Source: Takakia lepidozioides
Taxonomy: Eukaryota > Plantae > Bryophyta
Direction of reading: 5' to 3'
Assembly: GCA_030704615.1 (NCBI GenBank)
Contig: CM060733.1
Location: forward strand, 54,994,001 to 55,058,000
Length of the DNA stretch: 64,000 nt
In this document: positions 11,971 through 24,142 of the stretch, piece by piece
How the letters are laid out: each line of letters begins with the position of its first letter
Numbering within the stretch: the stretch's first letter is position 1
Notes under the pieces: generated by a model
Seen by the model: only the letters and a program-made list of their open reading frames with translations
What the model was told of the DNA's origin: nothing
Database searches by the model: none
Translations under genes and position numbers: made by a program

Positions 11971-12393
11971 CTGTAAATGGCTTGCAACCTACAGATTTTC
12001 AAGAGAGCTGATTACCATGAAAATTTCAAAACTGGCTTTACAAACCTAATAATTCAAGCATAATCAGCATTCAAGCTAAGGAAGCTTTACAAGCATCGTG
12101 TTGCGAGTAAAGCCTTGGCAATGTCACCAGGAAATCCTTGGCTGAATGGATGACACTGAAATAATGGAGCTTGAAATCCGGCCCTCTTGGACGAATTTGG
12201 GCCCACACTCTATCCCTGCTCCTTCAGCTATCTATGCCTCTGCACAAAATCCTTCAGCTATCTATGCATACATCCTTGCCTTCCTGCTAGCAGCCGACAA
12301 TGACAGCCTAGAATTGTTCCAGCAAACACCCCCAACCCTACTTATCAACGAGCAATGAGCTAACTTACAAAATTCAATATGCATCTCAGGGCG

Positions 12394-13275
12394 TCTGATG
12401 AGAGGGCAAAACATGCTGAAATAGGTCGAAGAAGAAGGTGCCCTCACCACACTGTCCTTGACCTTGTGTCATGACCCATGGAGGATTTGACCGACAAAAG
12501 GACCTCTTGTGTGTGATGCTTGTGTCTGTAGTCAGGTAATGTCGGATTGGTCAGTGAGAATCTGCACCACGGTGCAGCTGAGCAGGCAGACTTTGAAACA
12601 CGGTCTGCTAAGACCAAGCTGACTCTCCCAAAAACCTTGTAAACATCAGGAAGAATATCAAATCATGGTACTAACAGGAGCCAACAGCCCACATTTGCAA
12701 GTTGGACAAACTTATGCACATCGTACATTAAAAAAAAGCCACACCTTGCGATTGCGGTTGTCGCACCCTCGTGAAGGATCTTTAAAAACCTCATGCCAGC
12801 TCTGCTCCATGATTCAAATTCAGGGCCGAGTCTGATGAGAGGGCAAAATAGGCTGAAATAGGTCGAAGAAGAAGGTGCCCTCACCACATTGTCCTCAACC
12901 TTGTGTCATGACCCATGGAGGATTTGACTGACCATGAACCCAAGAGGACCTCTTGTGTGTGCTGCTTGTGTCTGTAGTTAGGTAATGTCGGATTGGTTAG
13001 TGAGAACCACCACGGTGCAGCTGAGTGGGCAGAGATTGAAACACGGCATGCTAAGACCAAGCTAACTCTCCCAAGAACCTTGTAAACATCAGGAAGAATA
13101 CCAAATCATGGTACTAACAGGAGCCAACAACCCACATTTGCAGGATGGACAAACTTCGTCACATCGTACATTAAGAAAAAGCCACACCTTGCGATTGCGG
13201 TTCTCCCACCATCGTGAAGGGTCTTTAAGAAACTCATGCCAGCTCTGCTCCGTGCTGTAAAATCAGGGCCGAGCG
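12394..13275. repeat. Tandem duplication of a ~437-bp unit inside the CACTA cargo
   Basis: TCTGATGAGAGGGCAAAA...TAGGTCGAAG at 12394 and 12831; duplicated ORF remnants 12663-12887 and 13106-13360. Confidence 0.85.
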
Positions 13276-13583
13276 GGTAGAGATTGAAACACGGCCTGCT
13301 AAGAAGAAGCTGACTCTCCCAAGAACGGCGAGCTCCCAGCCGAAACCTCCTCGCACACATACCCTAGCGTTTCTAGGGTTGCTTGCTTCAGATGCGAAGG
13401 TTGCTCCAACTGCGGGCCTCCCATGCATGTTTGCCCTCCCTCCCGCTCGCTCCAAGTCCCAGCCTTCTCTCTCCCTCCCTCCCTCCCTCCCCCCCTCCCT
13501 CCCGCTCGCTCTAAGTCTGTTCACGCTACCGTGATGGGCAACTTTTTAAGTTTTTTAACCTTTTTGTAAACCCTAAAAGCCCC

Positions 13584-13800
13584 TTTTTGATTTTTTTTTC
13601 TTTTTTTAATTTTCTTAAAGGAAACCACAAGCCCTTGAGGAGGGGAAAAATTCACCCGCCTTCATTTATGGGCCATAAGACCAACAGGACGATCAACATC
13701 CAGACATACCGTCACGAACAATCCCACACACGGGATAAGGGCAGCGGGTTTGAACCCCAAACCACAAGGCGACACACTGTGCACTTACCAGCCGATGTGA
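13584..13800 (-). mobile_element. tRNA-derived SINE-like insertion
   Basis: Minus strand: A-box-like head, B-box GGTTCAAACCC (~13746-13756), A-rich tail at 13584-13620. Confidence 0.55.
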
Positions 13801-14311
13801 TTTTTTTTAAATCTTTGTTTTTTTTTGGTTTTTTTTTAATTCATTCTAGTGGTCAGAGTCTCCGTTTTTTTAAGATATAAATACTCATATATTATATATA
13901 TAACCAGAAAAGCATGTGTCGACACGTGTAGTCATGTAGTGATTCATCCATGTGATGATCTGGCAGAATGCATTAGAGTGAGAGTCATGAAGTCATATGT
14001 CTCTCTTGCAATATGCACACGTCATTCCAGTGTAGCCATGACCATGACTGGTAGTCATATCTGCCATGCCAATATTCGTGGTCAAACATGTTTGACCTGT
14101 GTTGCGCAGAGTCTGGAGCCATGCAGTCGCATATACGCCTTTTCCAGACCTGCATTATGACTTCAAAAATATTTTACGACTACAAATGGCATTTCTGCCA
14201 CAAATCTGTCATGACTGCGCACCCATGGGAGTCGTAAACGCCACAATCTGTTGTAGTGATCGCTATCCAACCACACTTCCTAGCATATAGTCTTAGAAAG
14301 CCACGCCACAA

Positions 14312-14452
14312 TGATACGGAAATGGTGAAAAGAGGTGAACCCAAATGAAACCAAATGAAGTCCCAATGCCAACAAAATACAAATATAAATGTATAATGTC
14401 CTAATTAGTTAGAAATAACTATTTCTAACTAATCACAAACAAAACCATGACA
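14312..14452 (-). repeat. Internally deleted copy of the 23233-23579 LTR
   Basis: Same TGATACGG and CCATGACA ends; about 205 bp missing internally. Confidence 0.9.
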
Positions 14453-14454
14453 GC

Positions 14455-14539
14455 TGTCGTGCACCTAAGCATCGTGCCACAACATACATCGCTGTCCAAC
14501 CACACTTCCTAGCATATAGTCCTAGAACGCCACGCCACA
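14455..14539 (-). repeat. 85-bp TG...CA terminal repeat next to the PPT; second copy at 8805-8840 + 14262-14310
   Basis: TGTCGTGCACCTAAGC...CCACGCCACA present twice; followed on + by ATCGCCCCCCT (minus-strand PPT). Confidence 0.85.
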
Positions 14540-14796
14540 ATCGCCCCCCTAGCTGGTGATTAGGTCCCTCTAACACCGGATAGCTTGCAAGTATCCACCC
14601 CAATAAGATCATCGTTTGCTCTTCAATTGCACAAGTCCCAACACCTGAAGTCGATAGATCAAGAGGTCGGGTGCAAACGTAGCCCCATCGTTAGTCGCCT
14701 TTATGCAATCCATGATCTTTAGTTGAGTATCCATGGCATTGAAGCCCCACTAGCTAGACCTTGGATCACTTTTCCGCCTCACCGTTGTCATGCCCA

Positions 14797-16050
14797 CTAC
14801 CTCTGTCCAAGGCATCGCGGACACAACCATTCTCCGATAGGAACCTCCTCAAGTGGCGGTGTCAAGCATCATATGTGTCCTCCCCTTGAGCATTTGTCTG
14901 TGCACACCAACATGGTTGCGGCGCCACCAGCATGCCCACATAGCATGCAACGTAACCCTGCAGGTACCACTGCAAGGTTGGGATCTATCCTCCCATCCAC
15001 ATGGGGAAGGTGACATGGCGCACAATTGCGCACATGGTCCTTCCATACCATGCCGTCTCGACCCTCCAGAATCAACATTCCTGAAGGCAACACCTCCCTG
15101 ACCCTTAGAATCACACGTCTTGTTGTGACATCCAAGATCATAGGCGCTGCCTGCTGTAGATACACATAATCCCCAGGGTGGAAACGCCGAACACTTGGCC
15201 GATATCCCCCTCCACGTATAGTGGCGTATCTCAATGTGTCTCGGTGTTGGGCAATAACAAGGTTCTCAAAAGCCATAGGCATGACTCTCTTGAACAACTC
15301 CGCCTGATGGGTACATGCTTGTGTCAACACATACGGATCATCAAGGTTGAGAACTATTGCAGCCTCCCTGTGAATAGATGCAGGCAAATCCGGCTCTCGG
15401 CCGAAGAGAAAAAAGTAAGGTGAGAAGGAGGCAAGTGAAGCTTGTTTGCTATACCTATAGCCCATAGCTAGCCAAGGCAGTTGAAGGTCCCAATCTCTTA
15501 GGTGTCCCTTCTGCAAACCGTACTTGCGCAAACCTCTCTTGACTGTCTGAACAACTTTCTCCGCCAAGCCATCAGCCTCGGGATAATCCCGAGAAGTAGT
15601 GCGGTGATCTATCAAGGCTTGCTCACACCATGCACATGAGGAGTTGGGACATTTTGGGGTTCGGTGCACTCATAGTTTGCTGCAAGGGCAGTATTGGTGG
15701 CGGGGCATGCACACGGATGTGCAACAGTTAGTGACAAGGTGCATGGTGTGTGATATATGGTGCGGGCTTCTTTCAACGCCCCTACTCCACAATTGCATCA
15801 TTTACCCATTATGGGTTTGGGCTATCGTTGGAGTCTTGCCTTCGCAGGCCCATTGTCATTGACGATTCGCCATAACAAATATGTACTAGTGATGGTGAAC
15901 ACTTCTCCAAATGGATTGAACTGGTGGCATTGCCTGACAAGGCAAGTGAGGGGATTGCGTATGCGCATTCTTAGATCGAGTGCTTAGCCAATTTGGTGCT
16001 CCAACCGAGGTACGGACCAGGGGAGAGAGTTCTTGGGGGAGTTTCAGGCA
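14797..16050 (-). pseudogene. Integrase with C-terminal PHD finger; 15628-16050 is inverted
   Basis: HRTTSRDYPEADGLAEK core; C-terminal CMLC..CTDKC..H.(C)LTPPLEEVPIGEWLCPRC; HHCC zinc finger and TDQGREF read on + strand. Confidence 0.88.
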
Positions 16051-16445
16051 TCGCGCTCGTTGTGTTGGATGAGGCACAATCCTCACTCGTCCATCCTCCC
16101 ATGCCCGGAGTAGGTGAGTCCCCTCCCATTTGAACCTCTTGGCTCGTTGTAGGACCCGATCTCTCTCCTTAGCAGTCACATTGGCTGATGTCTCTCTGGT
16201 ACGAAGGTATGCCAACACTCCTGCATCTTCATGCACATCCTTAACACCACCAAACTCTTCACTAGTCTCTGGATCGTCATGCACGCTATCTACATGACCA
16301 ATCGCATGGGATGGACCATCTTGAGTTCCCATTGCTAGAATGCACAAAAAGGCTGATGCATGCCATCCTGGCACCATCTCCTCATTTGTCTCACCATGCC
16401 ACCGAGCTCTAGTATCATCATGCTCGCTCGTGCATGGATTATGAC

Positions 16446-17716
16446 TCAATCCATCTGCATCTCAATGGACAATACCGGCTCGATGCACCACTTGAAAGTC
16501 GTACTCTTGAAGCATAAGTGCCCACCGTGCAAGCTTCCCTGTAACTTGTCTGACTCCATCAACCACTTCAATGGTTGGTGATCCGTGACAAGGGTGAAGA
16601 GGTTGCCATAGAGGTAGCATCTGAAATGGGCCACTGCCCATACTACAGCTAGACACTCCCCTTCATAGGAACTATACTTCGCCTCGACATCATTGTTCGA
16701 GCGGCTAGCATATGCCACTACGAACTCTCTTCCCTCATCATCCACCTGTGTGAGCACTGCTCCAATCCCCAGCTGGAAAGGCCGCCCCCAAATAGGCCGC
16801 CTCAGAATAGGTGCAGAAGTCAATCGAGCCTTGAGTTCCTCAAAGGCTTCCTCTTGCTCCTCCTCCCACTGCCACTCCTGACCCACCTTGGTTTGGTAAG
16901 AGCCTTTGCAATGCTGCTAAATCCTTTGACAAACCGTCGATAGTAGTTTGCCAATCCCATGAAAGCACAAACTCTGCTCACATCCACGGGGCGTGGAATG
17001 CATGAAATGGCCTCCACCTTTGTCTATTGAATACCCAATCCTCTAGGTATATCATGTCGCCCAGATACTCAATCTGATTGTGGAAGAACTTGCACTTTCC
17101 GGGGTGCAGTTTCAACCCGTGCGCTCTCAAGCGCTCAAATACCACCTGAAGGTGTTTCTCATGCTCCTCAACCGTAGCACTAAAGACGATGATGTCATCA
17201 ATGTAGCACCGGGCGAAGTCTAGCCCCGCGAGAATCCTGTCCATGACCCTCTGAAACTCTGCAGGAGCATTCTTCAACCCAAACGGTAAGAACCGCCATT
17301 GGTACAAACAATCATTCTCATGTTGGTCAATCCCCCAGAATGTCGTTTTTTGCTTGTCAGCCTCTTTGATTGGCAACTGGTGGTAACCGGATCGCAAGTC
17401 CAATGTGCTAAACACCTTTGCATGCCCAATGGCATCAAAGATCTCCTCTGGAGTTGGCATGGCATATCTATCGGATTTAGTCTGACGGTTCACAGGACGA
17501 TAGTCCCCACACATCCTTCTTAGCTGTCATCACCGTTGCCGAGGCATACTCCCCGCCTGACAACTCCATCAATCCAGCTTCGAACAACTTCATAGTCCGT
17601 GACTGGATCAATGACCTCTCCATGTCACTATACCGGTAGGGCCTTCGAAAGATTGGCGTGTCACTTGTCAAATCAATACGAATCTCCTGACCCTTCAAAC
17701 TCCCCAAATCCTTCAA
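16446..17716 (-). pseudogene. pol: Gypsy RT-RNase H
   Basis: MCGDYRPVN, LDLRSGYHQ, LPFGLKNAP, YIDD, VAYASRS, TDHQPLKW. Confidence 0.95.
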
Positions 17717-18418
17717 ACCGAAGGCAAAACAATTTCTATAAGCCCTTAGAAATCGCTGGATCCTCCGTCTCTCTTCTCCGGTGACTGTAGGTCCAACATC
17801 TGGTTCCCAATTGTCCTCAGTGACTGCAATCTTGGGTACACCAGGCTTGGAGGTAGGAGACGAATCCTTTGGTTGCTAGATAACAACCTCTTGGGCCTTG
17901 TCCGCCCAATCTGACTGTGGCGTAGCCTCTACTTGCTCCGCCATAGCCACCTTGAGAACATCCTCTGAACAAGAAACATTCTCAACCTCTTCAAAAACCT
18001 TGGCGACCTTGGCCTCCAACTGCGTCCATGGCGCTCCCCATTCCTCATACTGCTGCTTGAGAGATCCAATGACTTTCTCTTTGTGCATCTCATCCCACAT
18101 CTGCCATGGGTGTTTGTAACCCACGATCCTGTGCTCGCCCCCACTCACTGCCTCAACCGCTTGCTAGGGCGCAGCTATGGCTGTCTTCACCCTTGAATCC
18201 AGGGCATTCATGCATTGCACCTTATCCGATATCCTCGCAGATAGTGCCGGTGCATCACCACTCTCACAGAGTGCAGCTGCTAGTCTAAACACTACAGCTG
18301 GCCGCATCCCCGACATTACAATTGTCGTGGCAGAAAACAATGGAGCTTGGCAAATTGCCGTAGCCGCCCGAGTGAATGCAGGGTTGACTGGACCAAAATG
18401 GATGTTACCAACACAGTT

Positions 18419-19045
18419 TTAGATGACTGCAATTGATGGTGTCATCAATTGAAATTGAATTAATTCATTAAAACCAAAAAAATATATATGTCATTGGATT
18501 CCTGGCTTCAATACGCACCCATAGCAACTCTCCAATCATGAATCCGATAAGAAATGACTCCGCTATGGACTTTTGAACACCGTCATTGTGGACTGTTACC
18601 ACAATGAATGGAATTACAATGGACTCAAGTTCTCATATGTGCCATTGGTGAATTCCATTGAAATTTGGACATAAGGTGGCCATTTTGGTCCACATCATAG
18701 GTATGGATTTGAAGTGACAAAATCATTTGTCATTTGACTCATATGGACTAATATATGTCAAAAAAATAGACGTTTTTTGAAAAGTCCATAGCTCATCTTG
18801 TTTCTTGGATTTTGGGTATCATTTGTTTTGTAGAAGTATAACAACCTATAATCTTCAATGGCTAGGTGTCATATTGAATTTTTTTTGTAAACTCTAATTT
18901 TTAGTTATTCATAATTTCTCTAAATAATATACTAAAATATTTAATGAATTATATCTTTAATATTTGGGGTAGGTCTCTTTACTAAATATGTTCATTATAC
19001 CATTATCTATCACTAAAAAAATATTTTGGGATAGTATCCTCAACT
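18419..19045. other. AT-rich insertion in the protease region of the gypsy
   Basis: Abrupt compositional switch; coding-like gypsy sequence resumes on both sides; no protease DSG motif seen. Confidence 0.5.
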
Positions 19046-19549
19046 TTTGTTTTTTGGTCATGGACTTTTATGGAGCAGGATCTGCCTTTTTTGGTCCACT
19101 CAACCCTGCAACGGCCCGCCCCCAACAATGTACTCGCCGCACCTTGCTTGGCAGCACCACCCACTGGTATTTCCCAAGCCACACCAACTCTCCCCAATGG
19201 CACTCGTGGCTTTACCTCTGACACACTAAGCGGGTATCATCAATGACGTAGTTGGCACTGTCTCAGCCAATGTAAAAGTCTGTGGAAGCCTTGTCTGTCG
19301 ACTTGCTTCCCCCCTTTGTGGATCAAAATCCACATCTACTCCTCTTGGCTCAGGAGCACGAGTTGTTGCTCGAGTGATAGCAGCTGCAGAGTCCACATGC
19401 AATGGTCCAGCAAGTGCGGCTCCACACATGAAGCCCATACCAATTTGGTCTTCCCTAGGCATATGAGGTTGTGTAGGTAGGGCTTGAACCTCAGGCCTTG
19501 GAGCTGGCGCCACATTAGTAGTGGTCATGGCAGCAAAACGTTGCTCTAG

Positions 19550-20950
19550 CTAGGCAAGCCTATCTACCATGCCTTGGTTATGACCTTGACCCTGTGCTCC
19601 TTGGTTTTGGTTACGACCTCTACCACGACCTCTGCCTCCTCTACCTCTCTGGACTACATTGCCTCGTCCTCGACCCCCATTGTTTCCTTGGAACTGGCCT
19701 GGCCGTAGCTCAGGATGCAAGTAATAACAATGGGCTTCCTCATGCCCATACTTGCCACAATGCCCACATTGTAGTTGTGTAGGTTGTGCCTGTGCCGGCC
19801 CTTTGCCTCTCTCTTGGCAATCTCTCTTAACATGGGGTCCTCCACAATCCCAACATGTCACACCCGACTGTTGTTGGCCTGAGAATGAAGGAAGTGACCT
19901 CTACAATTGAGATCCTCTCTGTCCTTCCCTAGGCTTCGCCTGAGCCTCATTGTGGCCTTGAGCACGTTGTGGTAGTGGTTGTTGTTGGCTAGGAGCCCCA
20001 TTTCGTTGTATCTTCTTATCAAACCCCACCATGACCACTCGCTCCTCCACCATATTGAGCTTTATCCGCTCTGCCAGCAAAAATACGTTTGCTAATGTGG
20101 GTGGAGCCACTTGTAGGAGAGTTGCATCCCGCACCCTTCTCCTCGGCTCCTTGTCCAATATCCCATACCAGAATTGGACTGCTTGAGCTTCCGTAACCCT
20201 TTGGGTCACATTTATCAATTGCCTCATGCGCGTGTAAGCCTCTCTCAAACTCTCAGTAGGCTTGCGCTGGAACTCTTATAAGCTCCGCAATTTCTCCGTC
20301 TTTATCCCCTGGTAGTTTCTCCTCAACTCCTCGAAGAACTCCACAACTGGGTTAAAGGTAGGCATGGGTGCTGGTGCTGCAGCAGGAGCTTGAGTGGATT
20401 TCCCAGCTCCATCTTTACTTGTCCCACAACTAGTGCTTGCAGTTGGGGATGTTGGTGTAGCTGCTGGTGTCGTCGCTGCCCTTGTGCCTCTAGTGATGGA
20501 GATATAGTTAGGTAACCAATATTGTCGTCACTCCTCAATTTCCACCTCATTTCCCCGCCTAAACTCATGATATTCATCTATAGGCGGCCCCTCAAGGTGC
20601 TGAAGCAGGCCCTTCCACGCCATAAAAAGCGTAAACAGTTGTGGATTGCGCATCTGCTGCAAATCACACCAACTATCAAACTCATGTATGAAATCATTAA
20701 GCTCGATGGTGCCCACAGCTCTCGAGTAGCGACGTGGCTCCTTGGTAGCTCCATACATTTCCTCCATTGTATCCCACAACAATGGCACGGAATTGGCTTG
20801 CACCCTCCGCGAGAATTCTCCTAACTCTGAGTCTGAATCTTCTTCAGAAGACACTGAAGGTGAAGGTGGCCTAAACCGCACACCACGTCTTGTATACCCA
20901 CTAGTGTCGCTGGTGCACATACCGGCACTCTTCTCAGCAACTGGTGGCAC
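19550..20950 (-). pseudogene. gag: Gypsy gag with two CCHC knuckles and an RG-rich tail
   Basis: CWDCGGPHVKRDC, CGHCGKYGHEEAHC, GRGRGRGR; fragmented ORFs. Confidence 0.85.
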
Positions 20951-21769
20951 CTCCGTGATGAAAACTCACACTCAAACCGGCTATCAACCTGTCTCTAAGC
21001 CCCCTTTCCACAAGATAATTGGGTAGAGAACCTGTTGCGGCTTATGGTTTGGAATACTAGGTTCCTATTCTGAACTTGCATCTGCACCTGCATCCACCGC
21101 ACGCTTTCCTATGGTCTGCTGGTCATCAACCCAGCCTCACCATAAGAGAAACAATGATGGTCTGTTGGTCATCACCCCAGCCTCACCACCGACAGCACGC
21201 TCTAGGATTGGCCGACCACAATATTTCCGATACAACCACCTATAAAAGCAAGCGCCCAAAGTAAACTAGCATGGCGCACAGTCAAGCATGCGTGTGTGGG
21301 AGGAGAATCTAAACACAGGAAACTCAAACAACAACATCTCCCACAGCTTAAATTAATCGATTTCCTTGTGGCTTCAATAAACCTGCAAGATGGCCAAGCC
21401 TCTATCCAAACTAGCTCTGCCTTCGCTTACGAAAAAGCTTTGGCCTACAAGAATGATGGAAGACTATAGAGAAGGGAAGCTAAAGCAATATCTAAGCCCA
21501 GAATGCTCTCATCCCGTTACTCCCCTTATCTTCACACTCACTCTTGCTCAAACAATAGATAAGACTATCCTTAAATAACCTCTCAAATAACTCTCAAGAG
21601 CCCTCAAATTATTGCCATAAACTTCTGAAATCTGCCCTCAATCAGCCCCTAACATAGACCTACCAAGGTTCAAGAATTCGCAAACTTGGACTCCAAACAG
21701 TCCACCAAAAGGCCCTAGGCGCCCGCCAATTAATGGCTTCCAAGGTCTTCAACCAGCCCTCACAACGGC

Positions 21770-22410
21770 TCCACAAGCCTGCCCAATATTGGCCTCCAAA
21801 GACCTCCAACAGTCCTCCAAACAGCCCTTAAGAAGCTCCACAAATCTGCTAAGTATTGGCCTCCAATGACCTCCAACAGTCCTCCAACAGCCCTTAAGAA
21901 GCTCCACAGATCTGCCAAGTATTGGCCTCCAAGGACCTCTAAATAGTCCTCAAGCAGGCCCCAATACCTGCAAGATAGTGGCCTCAATAGACCCCAAATA
22001 GTCCTCAAAGCAGGCCCCAATACTTGCAAGATATTGGCCTCAATAGACCCCAAATAGTCCTCAAGCAGGCCCCAATACCTGTAAGATATTGGCCTCAATA
22101 TATCCCAAATAGGCTGCAAAAATATCCACAGCCAATCGATTTTTCATCCGACATTGACCAAATTTCATCCAAAACTGCGATTTCTCATCCGCCACGATAG
22201 TTCATCTGTCGGTGCGATATTTCATCTGCTGGCGCAGTTTCATCCGTTGCCGCAATTTTTCATCCGATGGCACGATAGTTCATCTGCTGCCACGATTTCA
22301 TCCGCTGGCGCAGTTTCATCCGTTGCCGTGATTTTTCATCCAATAGCGCGATAGTTCATCCGCTGGCACAGTTTCATCCACTACATCCACCTGGCTCAAT
22401 AGTTCATCCG
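21770..22410. repeat. Tandem minisatellites in the gypsy 5' leader (~66-bp and ~56-bp units, then TTCATCC repeats)
   Basis: Repeated TATTGGCCTCCAA..., AAATAGTCCTCAAGCAGGCCCC and TTCATCCG motifs. Confidence 0.8.
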
Positions 22411-23232
22411 ATTGGACAATGGTGGTGCTCCCAACTCTAGGGCAATGTTCTTATGCATTCCCATGCGTTCCCTTACGCGTTCCCACGCTAGGGTTTGCGC
22501 CGCTTTGCCTCTGCGATTGCTGCAACGAGCTATGGCTTCTATGGAGCAACCAGAGGTGCTGTTCTTGGTTTCTTGAGCATCAATAGACCACCAAGAGTGC
22601 CTCTGACTCCCTGAGCAAGCTATTTGCCACACAACAAGCTCTCTTTCTCTATAGAACTTATTGAAACAAACATAGAACAAGCTATTGAGATTTCTATGAC
22701 ATGCCCTCTTCTAGCCATCACATGCACTCATAGTGCTTCCTTCTATGGCCATAGTGCACTTCTTAGAGCTCCTAATCCAACCCTGCACTTGCCACTTCCA
22801 TAGACATGCTCTTCCCAAGCTTAGGATTGAAACCCCAACTCAAAGCATGCTCTACAAATACACTATTATGCCCCAAAGAGAAATCAGATGTCTACCTCCA
22901 CTCATAGCTCTCCTAAGCTTGAAATTGAAGACTCCTACAAACTAAAACCATGCTCCACATATGCACCGCTTGCTCCCTTAACACCCGAGCTCTTCTTGAA
23001 TTCCTCAAACCCTGCAACAATTGCAGAACAAAAGCTTATTCACAAGCTCTCAAACTTTTCAATGAGGCTCTCCTTGAAGATTTCCTCTTGTACATAAACA
23101 CCACAAGGCTTTCCACTTGCAAACCCTGCAACACCTTGTAACTTAAGAGCTATCTACCAAGCTTTCTTCCACACACAAGTGCTAACTATGCTAACACCTT
23201 GCACTCATAGATGTAAGCATGTCTTCTTCTAG

Positions 23233-23579
23233 TGATACGGAAATGGTGAAAAGACGTGAACCCACTCTATCACGTTATATAAGTCAAGCCAATGGCACCT
23301 TTGCTAAATTACTCCACCATACAGACCTCACCCACTCTCCATCTCAAGTACTAGAGCTATGGCAGCGAGAGAGGCCTCGGTAGGCTCGACTAGAAGAAGA
23401 CGAGCCTGCCTACGTCTCACGTGGAGATAACCTCTCCACGTCCCAAGTGAGGTTCGCCATTCACTTGGCACATGGAACCAAATGAAGTCCCAATGCCAAC
23501 AAAATACAAATATAAATGTATAATATCTTAATTAGTTAGAAATAACTATTTCTAACTAATCACAAACAAAACCATGACA
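23233..23579 (-). repeat. 5' LTR (347 bp) of the PHD gypsy
   Basis: TG...CA ends; homologous to 14312-14452. Confidence 0.85.
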
Positions 23580-23930
23580 AGGGAAAATGTGTGTTTTGGT
23601 AGTGTACATAGAGTTTGCAATGTGAGGCTATGGCTGCTTTAGTGAGCCGACTGTGATGTGTGGCGGCAGTGATGGCGCATTTGTGTAAGTTGAATTCCAT
23701 GCCTGACCATAGATTGAATCTAAATAGTTTGTTAACTTGTCGGTTTAGGTGTTGTGGTTTGTGTGCCAGAATGGCGATTGAGGAGGTTTTGAATTGATAC
23801 CCAAATTTGCCATAGGCTAGCCATCGGAGCAGGGGTTCTAGGAAGATAATGAATAGGTAAGGACTTAAGGTGTCTCCTTGGATGGTTCCTCGGAGGATGG
23901 AGATAGGCGGGGTGAAGCCATAGTAGTGCC
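23580..23930 (-). mobile_element. LINE RT central fragment
   Basis: RGTIQGDTLSPYLFIIFLEPLLRWL; the YADD region is deleted. Confidence 0.9.
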
Positions 23931-23944
23931 ATGGGCCCACCAAG

Positions 23945-24142
23945 GGTTTTGGGATCCAAGAATCGGAACGGAACCTGCGTTTAGCCCTTGTCGCCGGTTC
24001 TCACAAGTGTGACTCCCGGCAAGAACCGCCGGTTCCGGTTCTGGGCTGATCCCTATTCGGCGGTCCGGTTCCGGGTTCGGTTTTGCAACCTGAACCGGAA
24101 CCGGCGGTTCACCGGGTCCAGGCAGTTAACCGCCCAACACTG
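23945..24142. mobile_element. Single hAT-like transposon end
   Basis: Clustered AACCGG/CCGGTT subterminal motifs ending CCCAACACTG (rc CAGTGTTGGG); no partner end found. Confidence 0.55.

Larger units (their letters stand above)
8841..14258. mobile_element. Non-autonomous CACTA element with captured gene fragments (Pack-CACTA)
   Basis: TIRs CACTACAACA(A/G)ATTGTGG..TTTACG; 3-bp TSD ATC (8838-8840, 14259-14261); uninterrupted empty-site copy at 14455-14539; no transposase. Confidence 0.95.
8805..23579 (-). mobile_element. Ty3/gypsy retrotransposon with PHD-finger integrase, inserted in a LINE and carrying nested insertions
   Basis: TG...CA outer ends; near-TSD AAGGA/AGGGA; LINE ORF rejoins across it; gag-RT-RH-INT order; PPT next to 14539. 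Confidence 0.88.
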
